Shown here piece by piece: positions 20,113 through 28,144 of a stretch of DNA of 64,000 nucleotides. The DNA comes from Enterococcus phage nattely. Both the position numbers and the translations under genes were made by a program. Location: sequence record MT119360.1; one strand, given 5' to 3'. The notes below the pieces were generated by a model. That model saw only the letters and a list, made by a program, of their open reading frames with translations. It was not told the DNA's origin and did no database searches. Numbering within the stretch: position 1 is the first letter of the stretch; each line of letters begins with the position of its first letter.

Positions 20113-20304
20113 GTGATTATAATGGAGTATAATGAACTATTAGACTTTGATGACATGTTAGACCTTGATGAACTATTAGACAGTGAAGAATTTAAAAAAG
20201 AAATGGATAATCTTAATCATGTCCCTCAAATGCAACCACAATCACACACAAGTAATACATTAGCAGATACTGGACGCTATCCAGATAAATATATAATCAA
20301 TTAG
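20113..20304 (+). CDS. acidic hypothetical protein
   Basis: ORF with RBS. Confidence 0.45.
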   Translation: MIIMEYNELLDFDDMLDLDELLDSEEFKKEMDNLNHVPQMQPQSHTSNTLADTGRYPDKYIIN

Positions 20305-20316
20305 GAGGAAACAACG

Positions 20317-20514
20317 ATGATGAAAAAACTAAACAATCTATCATATTTAGATGGTGTAGACATTTACAAATATCTCACTAAGACACATGGTAAGAAAAAT
20401 GTAGAACGCAAATTACGTAAACATACAACTGACATTTATTTATGTGGAAAATACTTTGACACGTATGATAATGAAGGAGAAGAACAAGGTTATAAATTAG
20501 TAGCAATAAATTAG
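20317..20514 (+). CDS. hypothetical protein
   Basis: ORF with GGAGG RBS. Confidence 0.45.
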   Translation: MMKKLNNLSYLDGVDIYKYLTKTHGKKNVERKLRKHTTDIYLCGKYFDTYDNEGEEQGYKLVAIN

Positions 20515-20527
20515 AGGAGGAACTTAT

Positions 20528-20836
20528 ATGTCATATTATGATTATATACACAAACAGGAAGAGATTGATCGAATGGTTGACCAACTACAATTATTAGATT
20601 TAACAATTGGTTGGTCGACTGATAATAAAGACTTAGGATACGCAACACTAATTATCGAATCAGGTGATTTTAGAATGTGCTTTAATGTCGACTATTTTGC
20701 TTATATGGGTAAAGATCTTAAAAGCACTGAAGATAGAACTAAAATCATTGATTATAGCATTAATAAATTTAAGAGAGCATATGTACAATATAAATATAAT
20801 TTAAAAGAAATAGGAGAGATCAATCATGTTATTTAG
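20528..20836 (+). CDS. hypothetical protein
   Basis: ORF with GAGGAGG RBS. Confidence 0.5.
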   Translation: MSYYDYIHKQEEIDRMVDQLQLLDLTIGWSTDNKDLGYATLIIESGDFRMCFNVDYFAYMGKDLKSTEDRTKIIDYSINKFKRAYVQYKYNLKEIGEINHVI

Positions 20837-21371
20837 AGAAAATGAAAGAGCACAAAGATTAAAAAATAATCACATTAATTTACAAGGTGCAATCCAAGAC
20901 GCAGGATATGATGCACAAAATATGTTTCCAGTAATGGTTCAGTTTAAAACTAATGATGGCCTTTGGAGTAAAAATGAATATTGTTATTTGTTTGACATTC
21001 AATGTGGAGTTAAAGTAATTTTAAGAGATGATATTGTTGTCGTTCAAGCAAAACGGCCTGGTAATTATGAAATTGCTCGTATTTCAAAAATTCCTGACGA
21101 TATTGTGAATAATAATAATTTAATGCAAAAATTTATTGACATCATCGAAGATGGTGAACATCCATTAAGAGTAGTTGTCACAAATATTCAGCATCATATT
21201 GATCAGTATGAAAAAACTGAGCGAGATAAAGCTGAAGCAGAAAAATTAAAAATGCAATTAGAAGAAGAATTTGAAAAAGCAAATAAGATTGCACTATATG
21301 AACAGCTTGCTGAAAATAATCCTAAATTTAAGGAAAAATTAGATCGTATTAAAGAACTTGGAGGACTATAA
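20826..21371 (+). CDS. hypothetical protein
   Basis: coupled ORF. Confidence 0.5.
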   Translation: MLFRENERAQRLKNNHINLQGAIQDAGYDAQNMFPVMVQFKTNDGLWSKNEYCYLFDIQCGVKVILRDDIVVVQAKRPGNYEIARISKIPDDIVNNNNLMQKFIDIIEDGEHPLRVVVTNIQHHIDQYEKTERDKAEAEKLKMQLEEEFEKANKIALYEQLAENNPKFKEKLDRIKELGGL

Positions 21372-21372
21372 T

Positions 21373-21660
21373 ATGAAATTTGAAAAAGGTAAATTATATA
21401 TTGTTCGTGAAGATGAAAATAACTATATTTTCAAAGTAAAGAAAGAGCCAAATCCAGGACATATTATCGCTGAAAATGCAGTACGTATTGACAAAGTTTT
21501 TGGACAAGAGCAAATTTTAGTATTTTTACATGATAATGAAATGCTAATGCAGCTTTTTAAAAATGGCGCAGAAGAAGTTACTGATGATTATGAAAAAGAA
21601 AAATATTATGATTTAATTAATGTGCATACACAAATGTATAACACAAATTTAGGAAGATAA
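21373..21660 (+). CDS. hypothetical protein
   Basis: ATG with GGAGGA RBS; the track start 21358 is less likely. Confidence 0.45.
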   Translation: MKFEKGKLYIVREDENNYIFKVKKEPNPGHIIAENAVRIDKVFGQEQILVFLHDNEMLMQLFKNGAEEVTDDYEKEKYYDLINVHTQMYNTNLGR

Positions 21661-21677
21661 TATAGGAGGAATTAAAA

Positions 21678-21956
21678 ATGGAGCAAAATAATAAAGAAGT
21701 AATAGAAGAATTACAGAAAATTATTAATAAATTATATAGTGAAGAAATTTATGCTATAGCTTTTTTACAAGGTGCGATTAGTGGATCACTACAATCAATT
21801 AAAATATTAGAAAATTTAACAGATGAACAATTAGAAATTACAAGAAATAATATTTTCACTGATGAATATTTTGAAAATAAATGGAAAGAACTTAGTGATA
21901 AATATCAACTTGAATTACGTCCTTTTTCTAAAATAGCTGAAATTATTGGTGAATAA
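21678..21956 (+). CDS. hypothetical protein
   Basis: ORF with AGGAGG RBS. Confidence 0.5.
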   Translation: MEQNNKEVIEELQKIINKLYSEEIYAIAFLQGAISGSLQSIKILENLTDEQLEITRNNIFTDEYFENKWKELSDKYQLELRPFSKIAEIIGE

Positions 21957-22019
21957 CTATTTACAGTTATATAAGTTTATGATATAATATAAACATAAAT
22001 AAAGAAAGAGAGTGATTAT

Positions 22020-22241
22020 ATGACATTTGATGAAGCATTTGCAACAGTTTCTAAAAATCGTAATGTATATATGGCATTACCAACGTGGAAAGATGATGTA
22101 AAAATTTTCTGTCAATTTCCAGATGAAAAAAGCAAAATGACACATAAATATTTATATGTGGATTCGCGTTTTGGTCGCGTACCATGGTTACCGACCCAAG
22201 TTGAATTATTTAGTGATAAATGGAAGGTGGCAGCAATCTAA
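22020..22241 (+). CDS. hypothetical protein
   Basis: ORF after the promoter at about 21965. Confidence 0.45.
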   Translation: MTFDEAFATVSKNRNVYMALPTWKDDVKIFCQFPDEKSKMTHKYLYVDSRFGRVPWLPTQVELFSDKWKVAAI

Positions 22242-22942
22242 TGGAAAGAAAATTTGAAAAAGTAAGTGGATATGAAGATGTAAATATCCCATTAAGAGCG
22301 ACTCGTTTTTCGGCCGGTTACGATTTTGAAGCGGCGGAAGATATTACAATTCCTTCGTTGGTGATTGGAATTGACCAATACACAGAAAATATCAAACGAA
22401 AAATTGATGCAACAGATGATGTATCTATCACTGAAGATCAATTTGAAAAACTTAATAATATTAATAGTGAATTTGAAGATAATTCAATTTACACTCAAGC
22501 TGATGAAAAAAATTATTTGGACGTATTAACAATTATGAATGATATTTTAGATGAAGATGTGGATGCTGATACTGTTTTAGACCATTTGAATCAATTTAAA
22601 AATACATTCAAACCAACTTTAGTTCCAACTGGTATTAAAGCAAAAATGCCAAGTGATGAAATGTTATTATTATATAATCGTTCTTCAAATCCATTAAAAC
22701 GTTTCTTGTTTTTAGCAAATGGTGTTGGAGTTATTGACAGTGATTATTATAATAATGAAGGAAATGAAGGTCACATTATGTTCCAATTTATTAATTTAGG
22801 TCCCACACCGATCACTATTAAAAAAGGTGAACGAATTGGCCAAGGAATTTTCCAAAAGTTCTTATTAACGACAGATGTTGAAATTACACAAGACGTTGAA
22901 CGAACTGGTGGTTTTGGTTCGACTAATAAGGAGGAACAATAA
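22241..22942 (+). CDS. dUTPase/dCTP-deaminase superfamily protein with a roughly 100-aa insertion; candidate dCTP/dUTP pyrophosphatase
   Basis: dUTPase motifs in order: SAGYDF (I), GVIDSDY (III), RTGGFGSTN (V), with a long acidic insert between I and III. Confidence 0.55.
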   Translation: MERKFEKVSGYEDVNIPLRATRFSAGYDFEAAEDITIPSLVIGIDQYTENIKRKIDATDDVSITEDQFEKLNNINSEFEDNSIYTQADEKNYLDVLTIMNDILDEDVDADTVLDHLNQFKNTFKPTLVPTGIKAKMPSDEMLLLYNRSSNPLKRFLFLANGVGVIDSDYYNNEGNEGHIMFQFINLGPTPITIKKGERIGQGIFQKFLLTTDVEITQDVERTGGFGSTNKEEQ

Positions 22943-23235
22943 TGGAACGTAAAGTTATTCATGTGTTTTATGACAAAAATCATACAACAGACTTAGCTGT
23001 CTTGAATGTTATTGAAGAAATTGAAAGCAAATTTGATTCAAAATTAAATTTAATTATTCAACCATTAGAAGTTGAGCAAGATATTGTTATGACAAATGCA
23101 TATGGTATTCCTTTATCTTTTGAAGGTGTTTATATTATTGTATTAGATAAAGATAATAATCAAGAGCAATGTATTCATGCAAAAACAAAAATTCAAGCTT
23201 TATCTAAATTGAAAGGAACGAGCGTTTATAAATGA
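22942..23235 (+). CDS. hypothetical protein
   Basis: coupled ORF. Confidence 0.45.
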   Translation: MERKVIHVFYDKNHTTDLAVLNVIEEIESKFDSKLNLIIQPLEVEQDIVMTNAYGIPLSFEGVYIIVLDKDNNQEQCIHAKTKIQALSKLKGTSVYK

Positions 23236-23858
23236 AATTGACTAAGCCAATATTTGTTCTTGCTGGAAAAACACTTTCTGGTAAGACAACATTATTAAAT
23301 TATTTAATTGATGAATGCCATATGAATAATCATAAAAAAGTAGAAAAAGTTGTAACAATCACGACACGCCCCAAACGCCCGGGCGAAATGGATGGCAAAG
23401 ATTATTACTTTATTACTAATGATCAATTTGATAAAATGGTAAAAGAAAATAAGATTATTGCTCCACGGGAATACCATGTTGCGACAGGAGAAGTGTGGAA
23501 ATATGGAATTGAAAAAGGTTTTGAAAATGAATATGAAATTCCAGTTGTTGTAACAGATGTTCAAGGAATTAAAGATTTGAAAAAAGAATTTGGAGCACAT
23601 AATGTAATTGTATTTTATAAAGAAATTTCAACTATTTTACAATTAAAAAGAGCGATGAGTCGCAAAGAAAATAGTCGTGACGAACAAATTCGTCGCATTA
23701 TCTCAGATGATGAAGATTTTAAACATATTTGGGAATGGGCAGATTATATTCTAGATGATGAAGAAAGTAATATGCCTGATGATGCTGGTTTTATGTTAAA
23801 TCAAGTGGATTATGAAATTGACCAATTCAATGATCCTGACCGTGACATTTATATCTAA
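23232..23858 (+). CDS. P-loop nucleotide kinase (candidate dNMP kinase)
   Basis: Walker A VLAGKTLSGKTTL; guanylate/dNMP-kinase-like size of 208 aa. Confidence 0.5.
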   Translation: MKLTKPIFVLAGKTLSGKTTLLNYLIDECHMNNHKKVEKVVTITTRPKRPGEMDGKDYYFITNDQFDKMVKENKIIAPREYHVATGEVWKYGIEKGFENEYEIPVVVTDVQGIKDLKKEFGAHNVIVFYKEISTILQLKRAMSRKENSRDEQIRRIISDDEDFKHIWEWADYILDDEESNMPDDAGFMLNQVDYEIDQFNDPDRDIYI

Positions 23859-24433
23859 TGTCAAAATCAATTAAGATAGTTCTGCCAATTCCACCTTCAG
23901 TTAATGGATATTTATACGCGAAGATGATTCGTGTAGGAGGAAGAATGATTGGTAGATTGGCAGAAACTATCGAGTCTAAAGAATATAAGGCTCATGTTAT
24001 TAATATTATTAAGAAAAGAATGAAGGAAGAGAATTGGGAAGCTCCAAAATCGGGTAAGTTCTTAAATGTTAAAGTTGATTATTTTTTCCCACGAAAAAGA
24101 ATGGACCCTTCAAATTATGTAAAAATTCCATATGATGCGTTTACAGCAGCAGGATTGTGGAATGATGATGATATGGCAAAGCCACAAACCGGAATGGTTA
24201 TAATTGATAAATTCGATCCACGAATGGAGTTTACAATTTACGAAAGTGAACAAATTGGAATTTTTCATTCTGAAAAAGATCGAAATAGATTTATTAATAA
24301 ATATAGCGAGCGAATGCCTAAAAGATCATTTGATGCACTGATGAAAAAACTAGATGAAGGGCGTTTAACTGAAAAAGTTTATTTAAATAAAAATATGAAA
24401 GTAGAGATAAAAAATGAATTTCTTAAAGCATAA
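23858..24433 (+). CDS. rusA: RusA-like Holliday junction resolvase
   Basis: LPIPPSVNGYLY matches the RusA signature LPxPPSxNxxW/Y; basic, with conserved acidic residues downstream. Confidence 0.6.
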   Translation: MSKSIKIVLPIPPSVNGYLYAKMIRVGGRMIGRLAETIESKEYKAHVINIIKKRMKEENWEAPKSGKFLNVKVDYFFPRKRMDPSNYVKIPYDAFTAAGLWNDDDMAKPQTGMVIIDKFDPRMEFTIYESEQIGIFHSEKDRNRFINKYSERMPKRSFDALMKKLDEGRLTEKVYLNKNMKVEIKNEFLKA

Positions 24434-24743
24434 CTTTAAAGAAGTTATATTATTTGCTCTTTTAGCTATGACTGCATCTCTGATTATTAAAAATAATAAT
24501 CTAGAGGTGTCAGTTAAAACTTTAAAAGATAAAAATGAAACATATCAAAACGTAATTAAAACAGTAAATGAAAATAAACGTTTTGTTTCAGATTCAAAAT
24601 ATGGCAATCCAAATTGGCAAGTAGTTGGACATGATTATTTTGATGGAAAATCAATGACAATTATAAAAGATAGTAAAAACAATACTGAATATATCGTTAT
24701 TGAAAATGGTAAAGCTTTAGGTGTAACACAGCGTATAAAATAG
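24414..24743 (+). CDS. membrane-anchored or secreted protein
   Basis: N-terminal hydrophobic segment VILFALLAMTASLII. Confidence 0.45.
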   Translation: MNFLKHNFKEVILFALLAMTASLIIKNNNLEVSVKTLKDKNETYQNVIKTVNENKRFVSDSKYGNPNWQVVGHDYFDGKSMTIIKDSKNNTEYIVIENGKALGVTQRIK

Positions 24744-24823
24744 TACCATTTTACTATCAAATATCTTTATGATATAATATAATTATAGAAGAGTTAGAAA
24801 TATATAGAAAGAAGGAAACTATA

Positions 24824-25372
24824 TTGAAAAAATTTTTATTAGGAATTTTATTAGTTTCAGGTTTAGTTATAGTTGGTTGTCAAAATAAATATGAAAATAA
24901 AGACAATAAAACTTCAGAATCAACAGTTGTTTCAACTACGAAAGAAACAACTAATAAAACTGAAGAAACAACGACAATCACCGAGGAAAATAGCGCTGAA
25001 CCATCGGTTACGAAAACTTCAAAACAGTTAGAGGAAAAACGTAAAGATGAAGCAAAACCTGATTATGAGGGAAAAATTGATAAAGAAACATATGATCAAT
25101 TATATCGATTAAATCAATATTTAACTTCATTTAAAGTTTATGTATCTGCTGGAGATATGGATTCATTAATTGCTGAAGCTGGCGTTTGGGACGATCAATT
25201 TTTAAAAGATCCTAAACTAAAAGATATTTATGCACAATTAGTAACTTTAACTGACGAAACAAATGAATTATATTTGAACAAACAATTAACACCAGAAAAA
25301 CAAAAAGAAGCTTTAGATAAAGTGGATAAAATGATTGAACAAGTTCGTGAGATGTCGAACGGTTCAATGTAA
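24824..25372 (+). CDS. lipoprotein (signal peptide plus lipobox), candidate superinfection-exclusion protein
   Basis: TTG start; MKKFLLGILLVSGLVIVGC with lipobox IVGC; Thr/Glu-rich linker after it. Confidence 0.55.
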   Translation: MKKFLLGILLVSGLVIVGCQNKYENKDNKTSESTVVSTTKETTNKTEETTTITEENSAEPSVTKTSKQLEEKRKDEAKPDYEGKIDKETYDQLYRLNQYLTSFKVYVSAGDMDSLIAEAGVWDDQFLKDPKLKDIYAQLVTLTDETNELYLNKQLTPEKQKEALDKVDKMIEQVREMSNGSM

Positions 25373-25394
25373 AAAAATAAAAAAAATATATAAA

Positions 25395-25429
25395 AGGCTG
25401 TTTACAAACAGCCTTTTTTGGTTTATAAT
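25395..25429 (+). promoter_or_regulatory. terminator hairpin with -35 in its loop, then -10
   Basis: aggctgtttacaaacagcct hairpin plus T6; TTTACA 25401-25406; TATAAT 25424-25429 (17 nt spacer). Confidence 0.65.
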
Positions 25430-25481
25430 ATATTTATAGTTAATTAATAAATAAATAAATAAACGAAATGAGGAATTTACA

Positions 25482-25673
25482 ATGACAATCAATCAATTTT
25501 TACAAATCACAGAACGCGGAATTAAAGTAGTTATCAATTTTGAAAATGGCGAAACTGCTTCATTTAATTATTTTAGTTCATTCGAAAAAAATGATGTATA
25601 CCAAGCAAACAAAGATAAAGAAATCGTGTTAGTCCAACCTGCTGCAGGAGCAATCTTTCTAACGGTTAAATAA
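25482..25673 (+). CDS. hypothetical protein
   Basis: ORF with GAGGAA RBS. Confidence 0.45.
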   Translation: MTINQFLQITERGIKVVINFENGETASFNYFSSFEKNDVYQANKDKEIVLVQPAAGAIFLTVK

Positions 25674-25775
25674 AAAAATAAATAAATTGTAAAAACTGTT
25701 TACAAATTACAAAAGTTAATGTATAATAAATATATAATAAATAAACAAATAAAAAACAGAAAGAGGAGATACAAA

Positions 25776-25925
25776 ATGACAAAAGAACAACAAATCAAAA
25801 TGACAGAAGAAATGCTAAAAGGTTTGAGAGATTCATTATTAGAAGCAAAAGATGAAACAACTAAACGAGGTATTCAATCATTGATTGATATGGCAGTTAA
25901 AAATATCGAAGAATTAAAAAAATAA
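25776..25925 (+). CDS. small hypothetical protein
   Basis: ATG with AGAGGAG RBS; track start 25719 is less likely. Confidence 0.4.
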   Translation: MTKEQQIKMTEEMLKGLRDSLLEAKDETTKRGIQSLIDMAVKNIEELKK

Positions 25926-26027
25926 TTTTAAAAAATATCATAAAGGCTGTTTACTTTTCAGCCTTTATGATATATAATAAATACATGATAAACAAACAAA
26001 ACAAAAAATAGAAAGTAGGAAATTAAA

Positions 26028-26375
26028 ATGACAAACTTATTAAACGAAAACGAAACTCTAGCAGTGAAAATCTTACGAGATAATTTACTTTATGATTATC
26101 AAGGATTAGTAAATGGAATTAATGATGGTGAAATTGAAATGCAAGAATGGTTAGATAATTTCGATTATAAAATTTTAATTCAATCAGCAGAACAAGAATT
26201 TAATAAAGCATACAAAAATGGATATTTAACAAACAATATGAATGGTACTACACTTGAAATTAAACATATTAATTTCTCTGGTAAAGATAAGAAAAAATTA
26301 ATTTTTGAAACCGCGGCTGCACTAGCATTTATCAAACTTGATAATAATTGGAAAATTGGAAATTTATTCTTCTAA
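26028..26375 (+). CDS. hypothetical protein
   Basis: ORF with AAGTAGGAA RBS. Confidence 0.5.
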   Translation: MTNLLNENETLAVKILRDNLLYDYQGLVNGINDGEIEMQEWLDNFDYKILIQSAEQEFNKAYKNGYLTNNMNGTTLEIKHINFSGKDKKKLIFETAAALAFIKLDNNWKIGNLFF

Positions 26376-26379
26376 AATG

Positions 26380-26421
26380 TTTACAATCTACTGTGGATAT
26401 GATATAATATATCCACAGTAG
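26380..26421 (+). promoter_or_regulatory. sigma-A promoter whose -10 box sits between a perfect 13-bp inverted repeat (candidate operator)
   Basis: TTTACA 26380-26385, TATAAT 26403-26408; IR ctactgtggatat 26388-26400 / atatccacagtag 26409-26421. Confidence 0.55.
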
Positions 26422-26452
26422 TAATTAATCAAAATGAATGGAGCGTATATTA

Positions 26453-27088
26453 ATGAACAAATTATTTTTATTAAACACAGAAAACGGTATTAAAAAAATT
26501 AGCATGTCGTACAACGATCTTTATGATCATTTTTTCAATATGATTCAAAATGAAACTTGGAAAATCACTAGAGTTTATTCTAATAGTATTGATAGAGATG
26601 AAGTAGAGCAGCAGTTCACAATCGAGTTATGGTACGCATTTGAAAATTATGATATTTCAACTGGTAACTGTATTTCAACATATATCTTCCACAGATTTAA
26701 AAAAGCAAAACGCGATTTATTATATCCTGTTCTGCAATCTAAACGCAATAAATGGAAAAATTCAAATGTTTCTTCATTAAATGTAAAATTAAGTGAAGAC
26801 GATAAATATGATTCTTCAAATAAAAAATTTGAAAATGATGAAACATATCAACAAATGGAGAGCAATGGCGCAGAAGCTTTATTAAATGATGAAGCATTGG
26901 TTGATTTAATTTTATCACATTTTAAAACTGATTCAGAATTAGATTTAATTAGAATTTTAATAGATAAGAAAAATTTTAGTGTTGTAAAATATGCAGAAAA
27001 ATATTCAATTTCACGCGTGGCGGCAAATAATCGAGTTAAAAAAATGAAAGAAAAAATGGCAGAAATTTTAATAAATGAATGGTTATAG
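26453..27088 (+). CDS. sigma-70 family (ECF-like) sigma factor, candidate late-gene sigma
   Basis: region-2-like EQQFTIELWYAFENYD...YIFHRFKKAKRDLL and region-4 HTH ELDLIRILIDKKNFSVVKYAEKYSISRVAANNRVKKMKEKMAE. Confidence 0.55.
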   Translation: MNKLFLLNTENGIKKISMSYNDLYDHFFNMIQNETWKITRVYSNSIDRDEVEQQFTIELWYAFENYDISTGNCISTYIFHRFKKAKRDLLYPVLQSKRNKWKNSNVSSLNVKLSEDDKYDSSNKKFENDETYQQMESNGAEALLNDEALVDLILSHFKTDSELDLIRILIDKKNFSVVKYAEKYSISRVAANNRVKKMKEKMAEILINEWL

Positions 27089-27103
27089 TGGAGGATAAGT
27101 AAT

Positions 27104-27316
27104 ATGAAATACAAATGGATAGAAAAAGGAACTCGCTTCAACAATAAAGATTATTTGTTTTCAATAGAGGAATCTGACTATTACAACGCCGTTTTAGTTA
27201 CGTGTCAGTATGGCTCTTATGTAACGCAAGCATTAGTAGAACCATCACAAGAAGCTTATTGGTCTGAAACTTTAGACGAGATGAAAGAATTATTATATAA
27301 TAAAAATTATAATTAA
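27104..27316 (+). CDS. hypothetical protein
   Basis: ORF with GGAGGA RBS. Confidence 0.45.
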   Translation: MKYKWIEKGTRFNNKDYLFSIEESDYYNAVLVTCQYGSYVTQALVEPSQEAYWSETLDEMKELLYNKNYN

Positions 27317-27329
27317 AAGAGGGATAAAT

Positions 27330-27491
27330 ATGACAGTAGAAGAATTATACAATAAATTAGGCGAAATGCTAAAATCAGAAGAAGTTTACAATCATTCACG
27401 TGTTTGGATTGATCGCGGAACAAACACTTATGATACACTTGAAAGAGCGACGTCTGATATCGATAATGATTTAATATTAATAGTAGATTAA
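27330..27491 (+). CDS. small protein, paralog family member 1
   Basis: 53 aa, below the ORF-track cutoff; MTVEELYNKLGEMLK; RBS AAGAGGGA. Confidence 0.45.
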   Translation: MTVEELYNKLGEMLKSEEVYNHSRVWIDRGTNTYDTLERATSDIDNDLILIVD

Positions 27492-27513
27492 AAAAATAAA
27501 AGAGGGAAAATAA

Positions 27514-27711
27514 ATGACTGTAGATGAATTATATAAAAAATTAGGTGAAATATTAGAAAAAGGTGAAGTGAGAGAAAGTTCGCCAGTTTGGTTTATTGGT
27601 GGTGATGATGAATTAGTGTCTGTTGAAAATTTAGAAATTGATAATGATGGAGATATAATTTTAACTATGTGGACTAAAGAAGGACTATATAAAAGTAAAA
27701 GAATGGTATAA
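27514..27711 (+). CDS. small protein, paralog family member 2
   Basis: MTVDELYKKLGEILEK; same RBS context as member 1. Confidence 0.5.
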   Translation: MTVDELYKKLGEILEKGEVRESSPVWFIGGDDELVSVENLEIDNDGDIILTMWTKEGLYKSKRMV

Positions 27712-27723
27712 GGAGAGAATGAA

Positions 27724-27933
27724 ATGATCTTAAAAAGCTTTTTAATCACAGTTTGCATATTTTTATTTGTTGGTTTAATTATTGGTTTAGTTGAAGGATA
27801 TGATAGATTGCAAAGATATATTAAATGGCGTTGGAATTTTGATATTGGGCCCTGGTTTTTATTTTTAATAATTTTCTTAGGATTTTGGTTCTTAATATAT
27901 GGAATTGTTCAAAGTGGCGGGTTTACATTTTAG
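27724..27933 (+). CDS. small membrane protein (two TM helices)
   Basis: two hydrophobic helices. Confidence 0.45.
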   Translation: MILKSFLITVCIFLFVGLIIGLVEGYDRLQRYIKWRWNFDIGPWFLFLIIFLGFWFLIYGIVQSGGFTF

Positions 27934-27982
27934 TCCTTATATGATATAATATAAAAAAGATATAAAGAAAGAGGTAATATAA

Positions 27983-28144
27983 ATGAAAGCAATGGATTTG
28001 TATCGTAAGCTAGACAAACTAATTAAAGATAAAAAAATTGATGAATTAAGTAATGTATATTTTCTTGACACTCCGGGAATATACGCAGAAATGGAAAAAG
28101 TAAAAGTTGATGAAGATAAAGATTTGATTTTGGAGGAATTTTAG
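27983..28144 (+). CDS. small protein, paralog family member 3
   Basis: MKAMDLYRKLDKLIK...DEDKDLILEEF, related to members 1 and 2; below the ORF-track cutoff. Confidence 0.4.
   Translation: MKAMDLYRKLDKLIKDKKIDELSNVYFLDTPGIYAEMEKVKVDEDKDLILEEF

Noticed and set aside
22942-23235. 97-aa protein as a glutaredoxin/NrdH-like redoxin
   Set aside because: No CxxC motif is present.
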